Assembly: GCA_964016885.1 (NCBI GenBank)
Contig: OZ024740.1
Span: 202,244,001 to 202,308,000, forward strand
Direction: 5' to 3'
From: Eledone cirrhosa
Taxonomy: Eukaryota
DNA: 64,000 nucleotides
A program made the translations under genes and the position numbers. Positions 54,642 through 64,000 of this stretch are shown here, piece after piece. The notes under the pieces are model-generated. The model saw only the letters and a program-made list of their open reading frames with translations. It was not told the origin of the DNA and did not search any database. Numbering within the stretch: position 1 is the stretch's first letter; every line of letters begins with the position of its first letter.

Positions 54642-56817
54642 TAATTAACTATAGTTGTTTGATAGTGTTTGGTTTAATTAACTATAGTTGTTTAATAGTG
54701 TTTGGTTTAATTAGTTATAGTTGTTTGATAGTGTTTGGTTTAATTAACTATAGTTGTTTGATAGTGTTTGGTTTAATTAACTATAGTTGTTTGATAGTGT
54801 TTGGTTTAATTAACTATAGTTGTTTGATAGTGTTTGGTTTAATTAACTATAGTTGTTTAATAGTGTTTGGTTTAATTAGTTATAGTTGTTTGATAGTGTT
54901 TGGTTTAATTAGTTATAGTTGTTTGATAGTGTTTGGTTTAATTAACTGATAGTGTATGGTTTAATTAACTATAGTTGTTTGATAGTGTTTGGTTTAATTA
55001 ACTATAGTTGTTTGATAGTGTTTGGTTTAATTAACTATAGTTGTTTGATAGTGTTTGGTTTAATTAACTATAGTTGTTTGATAGTGTTTGGTTTAATTAA
55101 CTATAGTTGTTTGATAGTGTTTGGTTTAATTAACTATAGTTGTTTAATAGTGTTTGGTTTAATTAACTATAGTTGTTTGATAGTGTTTGGTTTAATTAAC
55201 TATAGTTGTTTGATAGTGTTTGGTTTAATTAGTTATAGTTGTTTGATAGTGTTTGGTTTAATTAACTATAGTTGTTTGATAGTGTTTGGTTTAATTAACT
55301 ATAGTTGTTTGATAGTGTTTGGTTTAATTAGTTATAGTTGTTTGATAGTGTTTGGTTTAATTAACTATAGTTGTTTGATAGTGTTTGGTTTAATTAACTA
55401 TAGTTGTTTAATAGTGTTTGGTTTAATTAACTATAGTTGTTTGATAGTGTTTGGTTTAATTAACTATAGTTGTTTGATAGTGTTTGGTTTAATTAGTTAT
55501 AGTTGTTTGATAGTGTTTGGTTTAATTAACTATAGTTGTTTGATAGTGTTTGGTTTAATTAACTATAGTTGTTTGATAGTGTTTGGTTTAATTAACTATA
55601 GTTGTTTAATAGTGTTTGGTTTAATTAACTATAGTTGTTTGATAGTGTTTGGTTTAATTAACTATAGTTTGATAGTGTTTGGTTTAATTAGTTATAGTTG
55701 TTTGATAGTGTTTGGTTTAATTAACTATAGTTGTTTGATAGTGTTTGCTTTAATTAACTATAGTTGTTTGATAGTGTTTGGTTTAATTAACTATAGTTGT
55801 TTGATAGTGTTTGCTTTAATTAACTATAGTTGTTTGATATTGGTTTAATTAACTATAGTTGTTTGATAGTGTTTGATTTAATTAACTATAGTTGTTTGAT
55901 AGTGTTTGATTTAATTAACTATAGTTGTTTGATAGTGTTTGGTTTAATTAGCTATAGTTGTTTGATAGTGTTTGGTTTAATTAACTATAGTTGTTTGATA
56001 GTGTTTGGTTTAATTAACTATAGTTGTTTGATAGTGTTTGGTTTAATTAACTATAGTTGTTTGATAGTGTTTGGTTTAATTAGTTATAGTTGTTTGATAG
56101 TGTTTGGTTTAACTAACTATAGTTGTTTGATAGTGTTTGGTTTAATTAACTATAGTTGTTTGATAGTGTTTGGTTTAATTAGCTATAGTTGTTTGATAGT
56201 GTTTGGTTTAATTAACTATAGTTGTTTGATAGTGTTTGGTTTAACTAATTATAGTTGTTTGATAGTGTTTGGTTTAACTAACTATAGTTGTTTGATAGTG
56301 TTTGGTTTAATTAGCTATAGTTGTTTGATAGTGTTTGGTTTAATTAACTATAGTTGTTTGATAGTGTTTGGTTTAATTAACTATAGTTGTTTGATAGTGT
56401 TTGGTTTAATTAGTTATAGTTGTTTGATAGTGTTTGGTTTAACTAACTAAACTGTTTGATAATGTAATGGGTGGCTTTATGTTGGGTGGAGAGAAATCAA
56501 TGCTACTTTTAGAGTCAATTATTTTATTGACATGGATCACAGAATATAGTCATCATCATATATACACACCAACACGCGCACATGAATACATAATCAAATA
56601 TTCATTATGTGTGTACTTAATGAACAACATTAATTTATTGTATTACAATTCATTTCTCATAAAGTATTGATTTCATTCCCAGCCACAAGTAAACTAGAAA
56701 TAATCAATGAAATAATTATAAAAGATTTATGTGAAAAGTTCTAATAAAAAGACAACAAAATCTATTTTTTTAAATCTAACAATCTGTAAAGATTTTTGAT
56801 GTGATGCTGTCAGTTAA

Positions 56818-57033
56818 CTCTTTAATGTTCAAACCAGCCAAAACCGGTCAGAATTCTCTATCTCTTTCTGTTGAAACTGGCTGTAACTGGCCACTCATAC
56901 TGATGTTAAGGTATTGTTCTCAAAATAAATACTTTCAAAATCTCATAGATTCGATATGTGAGATATTATGCGAGGTAAAGCCTTTACCATGAAAATATAA
57001 TAGTAGATATAGAGTAATGTGAATGCTAAAGGG
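56818..57033. mobile_element. piggyBac-type MITE
   Basis: TTAA flanks; same family as 16343-16550. Confidence 0.78.
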
Positions 57034-57722
57034 TTAAACTAATGTTACATATGTGTAGTTATTGACTCCTGACATCCTGTAATGATTTAGCAGAGAATGT
57101 CTAAAACAGGGTTTGTTATGGACAGATCATTGTGAACATTTGCAGCATTAGAGTAAAGACTTCAATTTTTAATGTGATGCAGTCATAGTGCTGTTTTCTA
57201 CATTCCGTAAATGTCTTATTAATGTGGTTTCACGTGGTACAGGATGTGAATAATTAAGTTAGGAGACCTACAAAGTTAAGAAGAATGGGAGGAATCAGAA
57301 TTTTACACATTTAATAATGTGAAGGTGTGCAACCTAGTAAGTAGAGTGTTGGGCTCATGATTGTAACATCATAGGTTCAAACCTGAGACTAGGCAACATG
57401 TAGTGTTCTTGAGAAAGACATTTTATTTCACATTCATCCAGTCCACACAGCTGAAAATGAGTACCAGCAGAAGCAGTAGTTAGGATTTAACCTTGTGATG
57501 GGCTGGCATCCCATCCAGGGGAGAGCCTTATACTCTGTTATTTAATGATCTCTGGGCTTAGAACAATATTTAGTATTTAAGAATAAAAAATTTATATGCA
57601 AATAAATTAACCTATTTTTATTGTTGCAACCAAATTTTTGTTAGAATAAACATTTTTTTAATTCTAAATTCTATTTCCAACAATATTCATTTGTGACTGC
57701 ATGAGGTTATGTCTGATATTAA

Positions 57723-57931
57723 CCCTTTAGCAATTAAACCGGCAGTATCTGACCAGAATTCTCTCATCTCTGTTCAAACCGGCTGTAACCAGCCACTCAT
57801 ACTGGTGTTAATGTATTGTTCACAAAATAAATAACATCATAGAATTAATACTACGTGAGATAATTATGTAAGATAGAGCCTTTACCGTGAAAATATAATA
57901 GTAAATACAGAGTAATGTAAATGCTACAGGG
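57723..57931. mobile_element. piggyBac-type MITE
   Basis: TTAA-CCCTTTAGCA...TGCTACAGGG-TTAA. Confidence 0.8.
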
Positions 57932-59016
57932 TTAAACTTTGAAAAACAGATGCTATAGAGCTGAACAAAGCTCTTGGTGAATCACTGTTGCTTGGCTTTG
58001 AATCTCAAGGGTTGTTGTTTCATTTCATTTATGTTTCTAATATCTCCATTGTTGTTAATGCCCGACACTTTGCAGGTTTTTTTTTAGCCTTCCATGTTTC
58101 TTTGTGTTTTTAATTATGGGAGCCCCAGTCCAATCATGTCATTTTTCCAGTGACAGGAGGCAGGATTTAAACTTAGAATGCACAAAACCAGAACAGATAC
58201 TGAAAAGTATCCCATCTGACTGTCTGCTCTGAATTGGTACTTTATTTACAGCTCTAAAAAGATGAATGGTAAAGTTGACAATGGTGGGATTTGAACGAGT
58301 TCTGCAAGGCATCTAATCTATTGGTCTGACAAGTACCAAGTTGCTGCTATTTATCTCTGAGAAAAGGATCAATATCATATAATTCCATTTTCCTTTTTTC
58401 ATAAATCTTCTTGCTTTCTACCTTTGTGCTTCCTTCTTTATGTCACCAATGTCTTTTCATCACCCTGCTCCACCTAACTCTAGCCCATACTCTCCAATCT
58501 ACAGCCATATACTACTATTTTATGTTGCCTTCACTCAACCAATGAGAAATCTCAATCAACTGTTTTGCAGAAACCAAAACAATTTTTTTACTTCCAACCT
58601 ATGTAAAATAAATAAATCAATACAATACATACTTACACACGTTGTTACACCTGTATGTGTATATAACCGACACACACACAGATTGTCAGCAATCAGTATT
58701 AAATTCTATATTGTCATTCCCTTCAACTACTCACCTTGGTTCTTTGTTAGTCATTGTCCTCTCTTTTATTTCAATCTCCTTGTCACTTTGACTTGAATGA
58801 ACAGAGACACTATAGTGTAGTGAGTGCTCTTTGGTCTTCAGTGATGTGTGGTACATTCCTTAGAGCTAGTGCCATGGTAAAATAAACCCTGTATACTCTG
58901 CTAACATGGTTAGCAAAGGGCCAGAGACAATGTAGAGTCAAGAAGACCTTGCTAATGACGAAGCAACATCTGTAGTGCTGGTGCCACAATAAAATATTTC
59001 CAGTACACTCTATTAA

Positions 59017-59222
59017 CCCTTTAGCATTTGCATTACTCTATATATACTATTGTATTTTTGTGGTAAAGGTTTTATCTCACATAATATTGAATCTACAAGA
59101 TTTTGATGTTGTTTATTTTGAGAACAATACCTTAACATGACTATGAGTAGCCAGTTAGAACCAATTTGAACAGAGAGGTGAGAAAATTCTGGCTGGATAC
59201 AGCTGATTTAAATGCTAAAGGG
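59017..59222. mobile_element. piggyBac-type MITE
   Basis: TTAA-CCCTTTAGCATT...AATGCTAAAGGG-TTAA. Confidence 0.82.
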
Positions 59223-60777
59223 TTAAGTGGTTTATGTAAGGAAGACCATCCAACTGTAGACACTGTGCCAAAATATAGAATGTATGAGTGAGATGTGATC
59301 CTCCAGTCCATTTAGGAGGGCAGTAACTGACTAAAACCTATTTTGGATTGTAACAATTTATCTAACCCATGCCAATATGGGAAGCTAACATAAAATAATT
59401 GTTTCTACTTTTGGCACAAGGCCAGCAATTATCCCAGTGAATTACTGGTACTTTATTTTATCGACCCCGTAAGGATGAAAAGCAAAGTTAACTTCGGCGG
59501 GATTTGAACTCAGAATGGCAAGGGCCGTAACTCTATGCGTCAAAGCATGGCGTCCGACCCTCTACCAATACTGTCAATCCAGTACCCATAAAATAATGAT
59601 GGTTGGTGGTGGTTATTGTGGTGGTGGTGGTGGGGTTAATAGTAGTGATGATGATGATGACAATGAGTACGACAATGCTACAGGTGGTGGTGATGATGGA
59701 GGAGGAGAATCAGCTTATCTTTATATAAGTGTGATGTCTGTGATTATTTGCCTGATTGCATTATCTCAAGTGTTATGAAAATGTCAACGGCTCTCACATA
59801 TTGTTCCTCTTGAATCTAAAGTACGTTGATCCCTCTTATTATTAATAGATTTTATAACAGTTAAATACATATTATTTTCTATGGTTTTTTTGTTTCCTCT
59901 CCAATAAAACAGCAGTTCAAATTACCCAGTGGTTTAGTTATTTAGTAGACTTAATCCATCACCTGGTTTAACACCATCTGGCCAGTGGGTGTCTTTAGCA
60001 GAGCCCATTCTATTGTGAGTATTCAAACAAGGTTTTCAGTTCAATGATACCCTCCCCCTTTCCTCACATCAATCTTGAAGGCCCTTAAAATTAAAAGAGT
60101 CATGGGCATTGCTCTTCTTTGTTTGACATAACAGTAAAAACATATTTAAAGTAGTAAAAATGCCAAACATTTTTAATCAGTTGATATTACTTCCTGATTT
60201 GCCTACTAGAGTGGTACATTTAATCTGCCACCTTGGGTGCCTTGAGCAGAGTTCACTTTGTTGCAAGCATTCAGACCAGGCCTCTGTTTGAGGATACATT
60301 CCTTGGAGGCCTAGAAAATGATCATGGACAGAGCCCTTCCCTCTCTCATATAACAGTAAATAATTGTTTCTCCTTTTGGCACTAGGCCAGCAAATACCCA
60401 GTGCATTACTGGTACTTTATTTTATCGACCCCCGTAAGGATAAAAGGCAAAGTTAACCTCAGCAGAATTTGAACTCAGAATGACAATGGCCGTAACTCTG
60501 TGCGTCAAAGAATGGCGTCCGACCCTCTACCGGTACTGCCAATCCACCGCCCATATAACAGTAAATAATGATTTCAAATTTCAGCTCAACACCAACAACT
60601 TGTGGGGAGAGGAAATTACATACATCAACCCATGTATGTGATTATTACTTTATTTTATTAACTCCAGGAGGATGACAGGCAAAGTTGACCTCGGTAGGAT
60701 TTGAACTCAGAACATAAAGTGTATTGACTAATTTTGTCTGCTGATCTAATGATTCTGCTAACCCATCATCCTCTTAT

Positions 60778-61680
60778 CATCATCATCATCATCATACTCC
60801 ATTTTCCATGCTAGAATGGATTAGACAGGTTGTTCCGTTTTCAGACAAGTCAGATCATATGATCATAGCTTGCTCACAACTGAACTGTTTCTGGCTTGGT
60901 TTCTACAGCTGGATGCCCTTCCTAATACCAACCACATTCACAGTGTGGACTGGTTGCCTTTTATCGAGGCACCAAAATGACCACTTTACAGTACGGACCA
61001 GGTGCTTTTTGTTGTGTCATCAACATGACCACTTCACAGGTTGGACTGGGGGCTTTTGTCATGTTGCCATCATGACCACTTCACAGGGTGGGCTGGGTGT
61101 TTATTGTCATGTACTACCAATCCAACCACACCACAGGGTGAATTTGGCACTACCTTATAGAATGGACTGGGTGCCTCCTGTCATGTCAACATGACCACCT
61201 CACAAAGGGGAGATTGGGCACTCACCCATCATGTCACCAGCATGACTACCCTGTAGAGTGAATTAGGTGCTCTTTTGTCATGAGACCAACATGGCCACCT
61301 TACATAGTGCACTGAGAGCTTTCAGCCATCCCAGCAGCATTGTAGGAGAATGTGTTCAGCTTTCCATATTTTTATACATGAATTGGTCAAGAGGGTTGCA
61401 GAGATAGGTGTAGGATGGGGTACTCAGCTGGTGAGGGATGGAGTGATTCAGACGTGAGGTAGTGGGTTGGAGAGGTGATGCCAATTAGAGACCACTAGAT
61501 GTTTCATCCCGTGCACATGGGAGGGCAGGTCTTTTGCAGTACTGCATAATACCAGAGATCACAATCCTGTGTCATCACCTGTCAGAGACACAATTGTGTT
61601 AGGTCAGTTTTTATCACCTCATCCTAAGCTTTCGTAGGTCTTCCTTTACCATAGCTACCATCAAGTTTTAGCACCTTGCT
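60778..61680 (-). mobile_element. Old RTE 3' end with expanded degenerate UTR repeats
   Basis: (CAT)n tail, ttctacagctggatgcccttcc motif, ~48-bp repeats at 60940-61310, ORF-end remnant at 61520-61680. Confidence 0.7.
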
Positions 61681-63649
61681 AGCATGCTCACCTGATCTAC
61701 AGTAAATAATAAATGACAAGTAACATACTTAATGTAGCAAGATCTCAAATATTTCTTATCAATTTAAATTACACCTGCTCTGAATTCAAATCCCACAATG
61801 GCCTGTCTGGTTTAACCCTTTCATTACCATACTACTGCATGTAATTTTCATATAATCAAGAATTTGAAGGAATTTAGTAATATAATTATTAAGCTGGTGT
61901 TTGGAACATAACTTAACAACATTTCTTACATAAAATTATGATACAAGGTTTTTAGATAAATATAAACATTTCAAAATAAACAGTTTTGTATTGTAGAATC
62001 AGGGTCGGTTTCAGGTGTGGAAAGAGTTAACACCACTACCTGGCCCTTAGATGCCTCTAGTGGAGTCCACATACTTGCAAGCATTTGAGCCAGGGTTCTG
62101 GTTTGATTACACCTTCCTCCTTCTCTTATACCAGTCTTGGGACTCCTAAAAAGGGTCATCACCACCCCTCCTTGGCTAAACAGTAAATACAAAAAATAAT
62201 TATTTCTACTATTTGGCATAAGGCCAGCAATTACCCCAGTGCATTACTGGTGCTTTATTTTATCGACCCTGTAAGGATGAAAGGAAAAAAGCTAACCCAG
62301 ACCGTAAAGGGCCGTAACTCTATGTTGCAAAGCATGGCGTCTGGCCCTCTACCGATACTGTCAATCCATACCAAATGTCAGTTGTTCCTCTTATATCTGA
62401 AGTATTTCCAAATATATATAAATTGACCTATCTTCTTGTTTTGTTGTTTCCTCTCCAATAACAATAGTCATTAAGAATGTAGGACAAAATACCTTGTGGT
62501 ATTTAATCCAGCTCTATGCACTTCAAGTTCAAATCCCACTGTGGCTTACTTGAGTGGTAGCTTTAATCTGTTATCCAGTTTAACACCACCACCAGGCTCT
62601 CATGTGGCTTTAGAAGAATCCACTCTGTTTCACATATTTGGAGTTAGTCACTAGTTTACAGACACCTTCTCCCTTCCCTCTCACCAGTTTTAGAGGCCCT
62701 CACTATAAACAATGAAAAAACAAAATTTCTGAAGTGGTATAAAATTGCTAGGGATTTTCACATTATTTCAATTGTGATGATTGCTGTTGTTGTCTTATCA
62801 AATGCATGCGTGCATTGATGTTCTCTCTCTTTCACTCACTGCCTCCATCTCTCTTGCTCTCCCCATCTCTCACTATAATATACAAATGGTCCCAGTGGAC
62901 AGAATAGAGAAGTTATCTGAAGTATTTCCCAACATATACTAACCTCTTGTATTATTATTGGATACGGTCTGAGTTCAAATCCCGCCGAGGTTAACTTTGC
63001 CTTTCATCCTTACGGCGTTGATAAAATAAAGTGCCAGTAATGTACTGGGATAATCCTGGCCTTGTGCCAAAAGTAGAAACAATTATTATTGGATTGTCTT
63101 GAGTTCAAATCCTGCCGAGGTTAGCTTTGCCTTTCATCATAACAGTGTTGATAAAGCACCAGTAGGTACTGGGATTGATTTAATCGACTTTCCACTCCTC
63201 TTCAAATTGCTGGCCTTGTGCCTAAAGTAGAAACAATTATTGGATTGTCTAGAGTGGTGGTTTAGCAGAATCATTTCGGCATCAGAAAAAATGGTATATG
63301 ATATTTGTTTTGGCACTTAACGTTCTGAGTTCAAATCCCAACCAAGTCCAACATAAAGCACCAGTTAAGTACTGGGGCTGATGTAATTAACTTATGTCTC
63401 CTCCCTCAAAATGACGATATTTGGAGAGTTTACCCTCTTTGGCATGAAGTAAGCAGAACGTGTGTTAGTTGCAGACTGCACCAGATTGTCACTGGAGAAA
63501 GTGTCGCAGCATCTGGCATTCTAGTTATATTACTAAATTACTCCAAATTCTTGATAATTTTAAATATCATAGGCAATATCTTTTAATAGGAATAGGGCAA
63601 TGAGATAGTTAATGGAATTAATAACAGCAAAATGTAAAGTCATGTTGGT

Positions 63650-63930
63650 ATCACAAAAACACCCAGCCCACACTGTAAAGTGGTTGTGTACGTGTCAGGA
63701 GAAAAAGCACTGTCCACACTGTAAAGTGGTTGTGTAGGTATCACAACTAAAAGCACCCAGTACTCACTGTAAATGTGATTGGCATTAGGAAGGGCGTCCA
63801 GCTGTAAAAATCTTGTCACAAACAGTCCTATATGAGCAAGATATGGTCACCTGACCGAACTTGCCTCAAATGAGACAACCCATCTAACCCATGCTAGTGT
63901 GGAAAGTGGACATTAAACGATGATGATGAT
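63650..63930 (+). mobile_element. RTE 3'UTR-derived fragment with (ATG)n tail
   Basis: Matches 53690-53950. Confidence 0.75.
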
Positions 63931-64000
63931 GGTAATGAAAAGGTTAATGGAATTAATAACAGTAAAATACCTATCAGTTCTTATTTTTCATGGTGTCCTA

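Larger units (their letters stand above)
52385..56460. repeat. 33-bp tandem satellite (~80 units) interrupted by a LINE and a MITE
   Basis: Unit TTAATTAACTATAGTTGTTTGATAGTGTTTGGT. Confidence 0.97.

Noticed and set aside
53965-56450. LINYSCLIVFG-repeat ORFs of up to 298 aa
   Set aside because: Result of a 33-bp unit with one stop-free frame; interrupted by indels and insertions.
52385-56460. CRISPR-like appearance of regular repeats (also 17930-18275 and 20175-20735)
   Set aside because: No unique spacers, no cas genes, eukaryotic context.

Overview
AT-rich, repeat-dominated animal DNA. The (TA)n/(TG)n density and the RTE/SINE content suggest a cephalopod (Octopus-like) genome, which is an inference. 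Most ORFs in the track are microsatellite translation noise. The only convincing host coding sequence is a 160-codon exon (41920-42399) resembling the N-terminal domain of hormone-sensitive lipase. The rest is mobile DNA: RTE LINEs carrying a PHD-type finger (one near full length), CRE-like fragments, a maT/Tc1-mariner relic, Helitrons (one a 4-unit head-to-tail array), piggyBac- and mariner-type MITEs, two tRNA-SINE families, minisatellites and a 33-bp satellite. The main hidden signal is a dense set of minimal type-I hammerhead-ribozyme motifs: about 15 copies in 7 sequence families, on both strands. They sit in short islands embedded in microsatellites, often as large foldbacks. Two families are physically linked to Penelope-like GIY-YIG coding sequence and five show no ORF. 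Several have unusually long stem II insertions, non-canonical stem II closing pairs and palindromic (dimer-type) stem III. All folds were done by eye and no activity is demonstrated.
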